A stretch of 64,000 nucleotides of DNA, taken from Tetramitus jugosus (lineage: Eukaryota > Protista > Heterolobosea). The notes beneath the pieces were generated by a model. The model searched no databases. It saw only the letters and a program-made list of their open reading frames with translations, and was not told the DNA's origin. Shown in pieces: positions 21,131-30,736 of the stretch (positions within the stretch are counted from its first letter, which is position 1; each line of letters begins with the position of its first letter). Location of the stretch: the NCBI GenBank assembly GCA_937625935.1, contig OW569352.1, forward strand, positions 1-64,000. Direction: 5' to 3'. Made by a program: the position numbers and the translations under genes.

Positions 21131-22738
21131 ATGTCCTACAATTATGACTACTCCAACACTATGACCGTATGTCATCATTCTCTTTCAATTTTTTTCGATG
21201 CAACTCTTTTCCAGTATTTTTTGTCAAAAATCATTGCACGCACATGAGTGAGCTAACTGACATGAACTTTTTTCACCATTGATCACACAATTGCTTCACT
21301 CTAGGACGAATTTGGTCACCCAATCCCTGACAACCAAAACTCTTTGACCGTTGGTCCAAACGGTCCAATTCTCCTTCAAGACTACCACTTGATCAACAAG
21401 CTTGCTCACTTTGATAGAGAGCGTATTCCAGAGCGTGTTGTCCATGCTAAGGGTGCTGGTGCTCATGGTTACTTTGAAGTGACTCATGACGTCACTCGTT
21501 ACACAAAGGCTGCCTTCTTGAACAAGGTTGGAAAGAGAACACCAGTCTTTACAAGATTCTCCACAGTCGGTGGAGAGAAGGGTAGTGCTGATACTGCAAG
21601 AGATCCACGTGGTTTCGCAGTCAAGTTTTACACTGAAGAAGGAAATTATGACATGGTTGGAAACAACACTCCTGTCTTCTTTGTGAGAGACACCATCAAA
21701 TTCCCTGATTTCATCCACACTCAAAAGAGAAACCCACAGAGCAACTTGGGTGATGCAGATGCCTTCTGGGACTTTTTGTCCTTGTCACCAGAATCTGTCC
21801 ATCAAGTCAGTATTCTCTTCTCCGACAGAGGAACACCATACAGTTATAGACACATGCACGGCTTTGGCAGTCACACTTACAAGTATGTGAACAAGCAAGG
21901 TCAAGCAGTCTGGGTCAAGATGCACTTTAAGACTGAAACTGGTGTCAAGAACTTTACTGCTGAAGAGGCCACTCGTTTGGCAGGAGAGGATCCAGATCAT
22001 GCTACAAGAGACTTGTTCAATCACATTCAAAACGGAGGTGAAGCAGCATGGAAAATGTACATTCAAGTCATGACACTGGACGAAGCAAACAAGTATCGCT
22101 TCAATCCATTTGATGTGACCAAGGTTTGGTCACAAAAGGACTTCCCATTGATCCCTGTTGGTCGATTGGTTCTCAACAGAAATCCTGAGAATTACTTTGC
22201 TGAGACTGAACAATCTGCTTTCTCACCTGCAAATCTCGTTCCTGGTATTGAGGCATCCCCTGATAAGATGTTGCAAGGAAGATTGTTCTCCTACAATGAC
22301 ACCCACAGACATCGTCTTGGACCAAACTATGCTCAAATTCCAATCAATGCACCCCTGAGAAGCAAGTCGAACTGCTACTTTAGAGATGGTTTGATGGCTG
22401 TGAACGGAAACGGCGGTCGTACACCAAACTATGAGCCAAACTCTGTCGGTGGACCAAAGCAAGCCCCTCAATTGATTGAGCATCCTCAAAGGTTGGGAAG
22501 TGATGTCATGGTTCGCCAAAAGACTACTCATCCAAATGATGACTTTGTCCAGGCTGGTATGTTGTACAGAGATGCAATGAGCGAGTATGACAGATCCAGA
22601 CTCGTTCACAATATTGTTGGACACTTGAAGAATGCAAAGAAAGAAATTCAAATGAGACAAGTTCAAGTCTTCTCCAAGGTTGACAAGGATTATGGCAGAA
22701 GAATTGCTCAAGGATTGGGTCTCACTGGAAACCTCTAA
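21131..22738 (+). CDS. CAT: Monofunctional heme catalase, join(21131..21166,21305..22738)
   Basis: [41 protein letters not shown]. Phase-0 intron at 21167-21304 (gtatgt..gctaac..tag). Confidence 0.97.
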
Positions 22739-22807
22739 ATGTTGTACTTATAAACAAATGTATTTATCTCATCATTTCACAGACATCCCAATAAAGCTTT
22801 TGTTTCG

Positions 22808-22985
22808 CTGTTTTTTAAATACAACCATTTCGGTTGTTCTTTTTATTGTCTTGGGTTGGTATATGATAATAATGGTGCACCAATCTTCGCAGATGTGTTT
22901 TTTTAAATACAACCAAAGTTGGAATTGGTTTTATCTTTTTTGGTTGTTAATACAACCTTGTCGTTTTCTCACTTTATTGTCTTTT
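22808..22985 (-). mobile_element. Stack of about three extreme 3' ends of the poly(A) non-LTR family
   Basis: Repeated minus-strand AATAAA..caacc-loop-ggttgtatt(t)(A)n motif, the same terminus seen at 27098-27140. Confidence 0.6.
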
Positions 22986-23271
22986 GCTCTCTTCAGCCAT
23001 TGAAAGAAGAGCAATGGCCCTTGGTGGCCTGATTAGTTCTCAATGGCGCTCGCAGAACGTCGTTGCTGTCTCTCTCCTTCATCTCTTCACCACAACAAAA
23101 GCGAAACAGCACACGTAGATATTCATCAATGAAATTGAACAATCTCCGCGTGGACACCTCGCTGGACAAGTAGGGAGTTTTCGTTACTCGATATCGAAAC
23201 GAGATGAAAAAAAAGCAAGAATTTATGTCTTGGTGCAAAACTTCCCACAACTCAGCCAGTTCCACCGTAGA

Positions 23272-23320
23272 AGTATTGAGATAGGAGACTACTCGTGAAC
23301 CCTCAGTAATGTAAGCTTTT
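23272..23320 (+). pseudogene. 5S rRNA fragment (3' part, rearranged)
   Basis: agtattgagataggagactactcgtgaaccctcagtaatgtaagctttt is nearly identical to the 3' part of the 27566 gene. An inverted 5S piece (aactcagccag) lies just upstream. Confidence 0.8.
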
Positions 23321-24073
23321 GCTCTGAAAGCACACATCGCAATACGTCCCCTTTTGCTGTGAAACACATTTGTGTCAATGCAGCTGCATTAACCTTTTCT
23401 TTACTGGTTGACTGACAGGAACATTGAGGTTTTTTCAAAGAGAATTCTTTTGGCTTGCCATGCTGAAATTCCAATCGGGCAGATGGTCTGGTCAACCACC
23501 AACAAATCCTCTATTAGTGCTAGGTCTGTTATCTCTCCCCGATTCACTTGCTGCGGGTAAATGAGGTCTCTAACGTTAACCATTGTTGAGCATCCAATGT
23601 CGATTCATCATCAAAAAGGTTCGAGTGTATTCCGACGTATGAACCTTTCGCATATCAACACGTACAACCAATTGGGAATTAAATTGAATAAAATGAGTAA
23701 CCGAGAGAACGACAAGGGCTCAAATTTTTAAGAATGTATCACACAACGGGCCGAATACAGATTAGAGGTAGAATTTTTATGTCGAGGGCTTCCTAATCTA
23801 TCCGAATACTAAAACGATTCAAACACCAGGGGTTCTCTAAGGGTAACTCCTGAAATTTTCTACTTCCGTGTCCAATTTGAGAGGAACTGTGCGATGCTGT
23901 CTATCTAAAAGAGCAGTCCTCGCTCCAATCCTTGATCAATATGATAGCATGTCCGATACTACCCTTTATGTTTACTGGTTCATTGTTACACCGATCTCAA
24001 TCCCGGTTGACACGCATAACAGAAGGCAAGAGAAAGTCTGCAAGAAAACATTCAACCACAGCATCAAGTAACC

Positions 24074-24646
24074 ATGATAGGCACTATTCCCTCCATTGCT
24101 AAGGACATTGAAATCACGCAAATTTCAGCAGATAATCGTCGCCAACCAGTGATCGAGCCAAGGATCGCATCCACAGAGCTCCACTACTCGATTTGTTCCT
24201 CCCATGCTGAAAGTGAAGGCACAATCACTTGGTCTCGAGTTCTGAATCCAACCAAGCCAACCTCCTTCCGCAACAAGATTCAGATCTCAAGAACTGAGAT
24301 GGAGCAGTACTTCTATTGTCCACAGCGCCTGGCAGCCCAAAAGTTGGGTGTTTCTGTGTCGACACTCAAGAGAAGATTCTATCAATTGGATATTGGTCGA
24401 TGGCCTTACCAATTGACACAAGATAAAAGGAAAAGAAGTGTTTGGCATTTGGTCAATGAAGAGGAACCAAAGAGTGAGAAGGAACTTAGCCCTAACACGG
24501 TGCAAACACTTACCCGCCTCTTTTTCCATGAGTCTGCAAGAACAACACCTACTGGCCACTCAATATTCATCATCACAAAGGAGTTTCTCGCTGAATGGAG
24601 ATGGATCTCCAAACTTCAAGTTCCTCCACTATGTGCCAAAGGGTGA
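24074..24646 (+). CDS. RWP-RK domain transcription factor (possible frameshifted C-terminus to 24812)
   Basis: ISRTEMEQYFYCPQRLAAQKLGVSVSTLKRRFYQLDIGRWPY. Confidence 0.85.
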   Translation: MIGTIPSIAKDIEITQISADNRRQPVIEPRIASTELHYSICSSHAESEGTITWSRVLNPTKPTSFRNKIQISRTEMEQYFYCPQRLAAQKLGVSVSTLKRRFYQLDIGRWPYQLTQDKRKRSVWHLVNEEEPKSEKELSPNTVQTLTRLFFHESARTTPTGHSIFIITKEFLAEWRWISKLQVPPLCAKG

Positions 24647-25134
24647 AGCAATAGAACAATCTCAAAGTCAAGGCAGTTCCATTTCCTCATCTTCACCCAA
24701 AGCTGAGAAACCGGGAATTCGCAAGAGACAGAGACGATTCCTGCAACTAGATGATGGATCTGTGAAGGGGGAAGCCAACAGAAAAAGACAAAAGATTTCT
24801 TGGAGACAGTAACTTTCTCAGGCAAAGCCCCAGTTGCTCTTGTTGAATCCTGTTGATCACACTCTTCAATTCACTTGATCCTGAACATGGCATAGAGAAT
24901 TCACAACATAAATAACTTGTATATTAATTTATCAATGTTTTTCATGCGCTTCAGGAAACTATAAATTTTCCAAAAACATGGATCGTTGTTTGTACCTCAA
25001 CCAACAAGTTAAGGTTTCGCTCTGAGTTAATGGGACATATCACTCGGAACCTTTCTTGTTCCTGATGAAGAGAAAGAAGAATCATTAAAAGGGGGGAGAA
25101 TGACAAGAGTTAAAAGTTACAAGAAATACAAATA

Positions 25135-26580
25135 TCACCTCTTGGTGACAATAATCGTGTCACACAGGAGTCGCTTGTGCTGAATGACAAATAGTTTGTT
25201 TGGGATGGAGAGACTAGTAGTCACATTATACAATAGTATGTGATGACCAGTTGGAGCACAAGCTACATGGATTTCACTGTCATGGGACACATCTTTAGAA
25301 CCGAATGGTACATCCACTTCTACAACTGAACTACTCTCCTTATTGAGTTGTAGTAACGCATTTCGTTCATCAGAACTAAACCACATTAACAAAGCGTGTG
25401 AATTCGTGCCATACATGAAATGAAAGAAACGATTGAACAAATAAACTACAAACCCTTTGTACCCACAAATATAAAGTCTTCCTTCCTTTGTAGTAAACGC
25501 TGTAAAATTCACTCCACAACTGTAATTAAGCACAATTCCAATTGCCAGAGGAATCTGAGTCACGATCGATTGTATAAGGTTAGTAGCAAGTCCCAGAGCA
25601 CCATTCGAGTTCTCTCCACACCCAAAAAACTTGTTGGACAGTGTTCGAAACACAGTAAAATTGGCTCCACATCTTGCATCCACAACTTTCTCATCTGTTG
25701 GGATTCCAGTCACCACAATGGGACTCGGAACAGAGAGTGGCGAAGAAGAGTTAAATCCACATTGACCATGATTGTTTTTACCCCAGGAATACGCTGATCC
25801 GTCCTGTGCTATCACAATGGAATGCCATTGACCACAATGCGCACTCTTAATAATCTTCAATCCACATAGATCAGGATGGTCTACTGCGAGAGGATCAGTG
25901 CTCTTTCGTCTCCCCTGACCCAAAGAGCCATATGCACGATAACCGTTAGTATAAACACAATTATCGACTGTCACAAACACTGTATGATAGGCACCGAGTG
26001 CAATTGCTTCAACTTTTTGCCATCTACACTGTCCAATCTCGCAACGCCATGTATTGTGTGTTCCAGTTGATAATCCACATTCCCCATGAGTGTTGAACCC
26101 TGCCACAAACACAGACTCGTACCCTTCACTGACGAAATACGAATAGAAACTTCCACACTTTGTTTCAACAATACCACAATTGGATAACTCAGATATTAAT
26201 GTCACTTGCTCCACTGTGGAAATGTCATGAGGAAAAGCGCATGCACCATAAGAGTTATCACCGCAACAAAACACGCGGCTCATATTAGTCACAAACAGTG
26301 AATGGTTCTCACCACTAGACACATGAGCCACGTATTCACCAGATGCGAACAGTTCTTTCTCAGATCCGAATTCTTCCCCGATCGAACCATATTGCACTAC
26401 TTGGGCAAACGACCTGATAATTGTGTCATCGCCTGAAGAATCGAGTGAGAGATACTCATGATTCTCCTCGTGTTCGGAATAGTAGGAGCGATTGAATCCG
26501 GTTTGGTGATGTTGGGAGTGCCCAGCACCATAGACATTCAACCTTCTTTGAATTTTGATTTGTTTTTGGTTGTGTGACAT
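25135..26580 (-). CDS. RCC1/BLIP-II repeat protein (probable in-frame 78-nt intron at 25376-25453)
   Basis: Repeats such as SGENHSLFVT..CGDNSYG and CGQWHSIVI..SWGKNNHGQCG. Likely ATG at 26580. Confidence 0.85.
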   Translation of the reverse strand: MSHNQKQIKIQRRLNVYGAGHSQHHQTGFNRSYYSEHEENHEYLSLDSSGDDTIIRSFAQVVQYGSIGEEFGSEKELFASGEYVAHVSSGENHSLFVTNMSRVFCCGDNSYGACAFPHDISTVEQVTLISELSNCGIVETKCGSFYSYFVSEGYESVFVAGFNTHGECGLSTGTHNTWRCEIGQCRWQKVEAIALGAYHTVFVTVDNCVYTNGYRAYGSLGQGRRKSTDPLAVDHPDLCGLKIIKSAHCGQWHSIVIAQDGSAYSWGKNNHGQCGFNSSSPLSVPSPIVVTGIPTDEKVVDARCGANFTVFRTLSNKFFGCGENSNGALGLATNLIQSIVTQIPLAIGIVLNYSCGVNFTAFTTKEGRLYICGYKGFVVYLFNRFFHFMYGTNSHALLMWFSSDERNALLQLNKESSSVVEVDVPFGSKDVSHDSEIHVACAPTGHHILLYNVTTSLSIPNKLFVIQHKRLLCDTIIVTKR

Positions 26581-26749
26581 GTTCGTTTTTTGGAAAGATG
26601 GGATCTGTTTTGCCAACAATAATCTTTGCGCTTGAGTTTAAACAGGTTATCCTTGTCGACTCTTCTTGTTGTCTTTCGCTTGTTTACATTAGCCAGCGCC
26701 GAGGGTTGGCCCTGTTATCTGTACATTAATTCTCAATGATGTTCACAGA

Positions 26750-27081
26750 GAGTCATTCTGTGAGACACCTCCGTTTCACACTGTTCACATATGTTCTTGC
26801 TTTCCTTTCTGCCACTGCAGCTTTGAGTCCATTCACCACCAGGCCATTGGTGATGTCTTGAACTGCGTCTGTTTCAATTCCCATCATACCCATGAGGAAT
26901 CTACTCATCCACCTCAGTGGTCGCTTTTCAGTCTTTCCTCCCTTGAGCCTCACATTGTCGGACAAAATATCGATACAACTATCAGAGGCTACTCCCATAG
27001 CTATTAACTACTTGCTGACTGTCAAGTTTATGCCAGACATCGTCTGGCATAAACAGCCCTCGGACATCGACTAGTCAGGAG
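26750..27081 (-). mobile_element. Older 5'-truncated non-LTR retroelement copy
   Basis: ORF remnant (NVRLKGGKTEKRPLRW..VKRRCL) homologous to 27165-27515. Confidence 0.65.
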
Positions 27082-27097
27082 CACATCTGGCCGCGGA

Positions 27098-27515
27098 TTT
27101 TTTTTTTAATACAACCATTGCGGTTGCTCACTTTATTATCAATACATTTTCATCAGCCGGAGCGTCATTGCTGTTGTTTCGCTTTTGTTGTTGTGAAGAG
27201 GTGAAGGAGAGTCGTGAGACATCTCCGTTTCACCCCATTCACATAGGTTTTAGCTTTCTTACCGGCTTCTGCTGTTTTGATCCCAATCGCTACCAGTCCG
27301 TTGGTGACATCTTCGATGGCATTTGTTTCTATGCCCATCATACCTTTCAGAAATTCTCTGCTCGACCATCGCAAAGGACGCTTTTCCATCTTGCCGTCCT
27401 TCAGTCTCACATTATCGAACCATATGTCGATACAGCTGTTGGCTGACACGCCCATTCTGATCAGCTCCTTACTGACTGTCAAGGCTAGACATCTTGCATA
27501 CACAGCCCTTGGACA
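27098..27515 (-). mobile_element. 5'-truncated non-LTR retrotransposon with poly(A) tail and 16-bp TSD
   Basis: TSD cacatctggccgcgga at 27082-27097 and 27516-27531. T-run at 27098-27107, AATAAA, 3' hairpin, and an ORF C-terminus ending at 27165. Confidence 0.85.
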
Positions 27516-27565
27516 CACATCTGGCCGCGGAAAACGCGGAGATTGTCCCAATTCCATTGCTGAAT

Positions 27566-27685
27566 GTCTACGTTCATACAATGGTGGAACCACCTCTTCC
27601 CATTTCGAATAGAGAAGTTAAGCACCATCTGGCTGAGTTAGTATTGAGATAGGAGACTACTCGAGAACCCTCAGTAATGTAGGCT
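27566..27685 (+). rRNA. 5S rRNA
   Basis: GTCTACGTTCATAC..AGAAGTTAAGC..GTTAGTA..GGAGAC..TGTAGGC followed by a TTTT terminator. Helix I GTCTACGTT/AATGTAGGC, helix II ATGGTG/CACCAT, about 120 nt. Confidence 0.93.
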
Positions 27686-27769
27686 TTTACTGTACTGATA
27701 ATGTATTTATCCTGTCATTCCCCATCCATTCCATAAAGAGCTATCGAACTGGACTCGCAATAACCAATC

Positions 27770-27950
27770 ACCTTGTGTGAATGCCAGCTAAATTAGTGAA
27801 GGCATTGTCTGAAATATTCTCACAACCACCCATAGAGAGTTTGTGAATGCCAGACAAGTATGGAAATGCATCATCCGTGATTTGTTTGCAACCTGCGATG
27901 TGGAGTGAATGTATTCCAGCCAAATGAGAAAATGAATGACCAAATATTGA
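27770..27950 (-). pseudogene. Leucine-rich-repeat gene fragment
   Basis: SFSHLAGIHSLHIAGCKQITDDAFPYLSGIHKLSMGGCENISDNAFTNLAGIHT, a 22-aa cysteine-containing LRR period. Confidence 0.7.
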
Positions 27951-28414
27951 AAATGCTCATCCACCACATTCTGACGCATGGTCAAGCAAACGTTAAACAA
28001 TGTTCCCTTTCCTAATCGAAACCAGGGTTCAATTTCTTTCTCTTCCAAACCTCGTTCTAGTGATCTCTTCTGTCACAAAACTCAATGACTTCCTACAATA
28101 TATTCGGCCTTCATGCACTTTGCGATTGTAGTTCCAAACAAAAATGTTCCACATGCAGCTCCCTCGAGTTCCACTAAACCATAATAAAAACGAACCATTT
28201 CATCCTTGTAATCTCTTTTGTTGCATCTCAGGCCATGAGTAATAAGCAACCACTACAGCAATTTTCCTCATTCATCATTCAAGAAAAATCCCGCAAGGGG
28301 TGGTTACTGTTTTGTCCTTCGCTGTTCTTAAGCTGGTAGGCAACACAATGTTATTGAGTACCTTTTGTCTTCGTTGTAGTGAACACCGATTTCTTCACCT
28401 CCAGATGTAAGACC

Positions 28415-28588
28415 TTCAGTGACCTTCGGTTGCTCACTTTATTGTCTGTTGTTGTCATCAGCCACACCCACAATGGTCCTTGGTCACCATTCTGATTCCC
28501 CATGCAGAGCGTCATTCCTGTTGTTTTGCTTTCTTGGCGTGAATAAGTGGAGGAGGGTCGTGGTACACTCCATTTCACACATAGCAGG
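28415..28588 (-). mobile_element. Short older 3' fragment of the same non-LTR family
   Basis: ..TTLLHLFTPRKQKQQE* and tail motif cggttgctcactttatt match 27121-27215. Confidence 0.65.
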
Positions 28589-28602
28589 TGAAAACGTGGA
28601 AA

Positions 28603-28923
28603 ATTTTTTTTTCCATACAACGTTTGTTGCCACTTTATTCTATACACTACTGTGAGTCATGATTTCGCTCGGCACCGTTAGGTGACGAGCAGTGTTTCAC
28701 TCCTCTGCGCGACAGAGTTAACATATATCTTGTATAGTGCCTTGATGCACGACCTCTTGACTGAGTCAATGACCCTCCTTATCTTTTTCTCTGCTTCACT
28801 TCTCTTCTTGCCGGAGAGCTTCATTTCGTCCAGGAGCACCTCCTTGAAGTCTCCTTCTTTACCCATCAGTCCCTGCAGCGTACCTTCAGGTGTTCGCTTA
28901 ACATTTCGTGGTTGTATCTTTCC
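28603..28923 (-). mobile_element. 5'-truncated non-LTR retrotransposon with poly(A) tail and 14-bp TSD
   Basis: TSD tgaaaacgtggaaa at 28589-28602 and 28924-28937. T-run at 28604-28612, AATAAA plus gcaac/gttgt hairpin, and an ORF C-terminus (LQGLMG..VKRSC) related to the 27165 copy. Confidence 0.85.
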
Positions 28924-28960
28924 TGAAAACGTGGAAATAGCACAATTTCACTTCGGAGAT

Positions 28961-29084
28961 GTCTACGTTCATACAATGGTGGAACCTCTCACCTCTTCCC
29001 ATTTCGAATAGAGAAGTTAAGCACCATCTGGCTGAGTTAGTATTGAGATAGGAGACTACTCGAGAACCCTCAGTAATGTGGGCT
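28961..29084 (+). rRNA. 5S rRNA, variant copy (4-nt insertion; may be a pseudogene)
   Basis: Identical to the 27566 copy except a ctct insertion after ggaac and an A>G change in the terminal helix. TTTT terminator. Confidence 0.85.
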
Positions 29085-29125
29085 TTTATCATTGAAAACT
29101 AATAATTCCACATATGACATATTCT

Positions 29126-30610
29126 TTATTGGTTGAATGTAGGAATGGAGCTAATGAACAATGTGTCTTCCTCTCTCCTTACCCACTTTTTGATGCTCTC
29201 ACAAAGCAGCAACGCACTGGACTTGCTCGTGGTTAAGGAGAAGGCAGCAACCAGCTCACCAGAACCAGTGTTCATTCCAAGAATACACTCGTGTTGTGTC
29301 TTGTGGAAATAAATCTTCACATTGTTCTTGGCACACATGGAATTCATATTCTGTCTCACCAACTTGTATTCACGCACAAGTCGTTTGCTTTCAGATGGAA
29401 TGTTATAGGGAGGAACGAATGCACTGGTCGTGTACTGGGACAGAGCAGGGTTACGGTACATGAAGTGTCTGAGTGATGCCCCTTCACTCATGACACCTAA
29501 TCGACTGACTGGGAAGTCATTGGAATGAACAGCCTTCTTCAATTGAGAAAACAGGGCATCATTCTGTCTCAATTGCGTCTCAATCTGCTTTCTCGCATCT
29601 GAACACTCAAAGAACAAGTCCTGACCCATGCATATCATGACTAGACACAGGTCATTGTTTGTTGTCATGAGATCGTGAGATCTTCGATTGAGAGACAACA
29701 TGGGAGAGAATGAGGAGGACATTGAAGAAGAGAGCATCATGGACGATGATAGTGTCGACGATGGTGACGAAGACGATGCAGAAGATATGGAGCTTTCATC
29801 ATCTTCATTCGTCACCACGGGTATAAAGTTCACATAGGCATACGTGTACTGTGCCGAACTCAATGCAGGCAAGCAAACTGGGGTCCAAGTCTCCATCGAT
29901 CTCATACTCGAGCTGCTGTTGACAAAATTGGACAACAACAGCAGGTCACTCATGTGCATCGTGTACTTTTTATGACTAATCAAATGCACCAGTCGATCAC
30001 CGCTCAACAAGAGTGAAAACATGAGTTTTGGCACACGATTGCGCATCAACACATCTCCAATCATGGTTCTCGTCTGTTTTGGCATCATCAACGGCTTACT
30101 GTTGGACAAATGAAACGCTAGAGTGTGACTCATGCGATGAATCAACGAATACAGCACAGCATCCGTTCCCCCGAGCAAATTTCTCAAATCAAACGTTGCT
30201 CGTTTCTTCAATGTGCCCTGTATATTGTCAGTCAATATACAAATGATTTGATCGTACAGACAAGTCAACTGTTTGGACAATTCTTGCTCTGTTTCACTTG
30301 TTTTGCTCACTGCTACAAAGTACAGTGCACCTCTCTGCAAGTACACCATTTTCATGTCACCAGAGATGACTGTGCGCAAATTGTCATCTTCTTGTGATTT
30401 GGCCAGTGCAGCTGCAGCCATGAAGAAACTCATGATGGGATTGAGTTCATTCTCGTTGCCATATCGAGTAAAAATGGGCCTACCCGTCTCACTCAAGATA
30501 AAAAAATGTTTCTTGTGTTGTTTCCATTGATCAGTGGTAAAGTCTTCGGATGCGTGGTTGTGGTAGGATGGTGGTGGACGTACAATGTGCGTATGACTCG
30601 TGCTGTCCAT
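29126..30610 (-). CDS. MON1: Vacuolar fusion protein Mon1 (Rab7 GEF subunit)
   Basis: KHFFILSETGRPIFTRYG, FDLRNLLGGT, ETWTPVCLP. Likely ATG at 30610. Confidence 0.93.
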   Translation of the reverse strand: MDSTSHTHIVRPPPSYHNHASEDFTTDQWKQHKKHFFILSETGRPIFTRYGNENELNPIMSFFMAAAALAKSQEDDNLRTVISGDMKMVYLQRGALYFVAVSKTSETEQELSKQLTCLYDQIICILTDNIQGTLKKRATFDLRNLLGGTDAVLYSLIHRMSHTLAFHLSNSKPLMMPKQTRTMIGDVLMRNRVPKLMFSLLLSGDRLVHLISHKKYTMHMSDLLLLSNFVNSSSSMRSMETWTPVCLPALSSAQYTYAYVNFIPVVTNEDDESSISSASSSSPSSTLSSSMMLSSSMSSSFSPMLSLNRRSHDLMTTNNDLCLVMICMGQDLFFECSDARKQIETQLRQNDALFSQLKKAVHSNDFPVSRLGVMSEGASLRHFMYRNPALSQYTTSAFVPPYNIPSESKRLVREYKLVRQNMNSMCAKNNVKIYFHKTQHECILGMNTGSGELVAAFSLTTSKSSALLLCESIKKWVRREEDTLFISSIPTFNQ

Positions 30611-30736
30611 GTTGTTGTTTTTTTTGTTTGTCAGACTGTGGTTTGTAATTGTGTGCGCCAAGCTTTTTTGCAAAGTTTTCTTCCAAATAAAATCAGAACA
30701 ACAAACACACACACCCAACTCTTCTCCCGAGACCAA

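Noticed and set aside
22808-22985. CRISPR-like repeat-spacer array
   Set aside because: Units are degenerate poly(A) retroelement tails in a eukaryotic context with no cas genes.
22993-23367. Apparent protein family KAYITEGSRVVSYLNT (also 28898-29092 and ~27600-27690)
   Set aside because: It is the antisense translation of 5S rRNA, not a protein.
23785-23840. Possible further degenerate 5S fragment on the minus strand
   Set aside because: Only patchy similarity (ttagtatt..gatag..gccctc), insufficient by eye.
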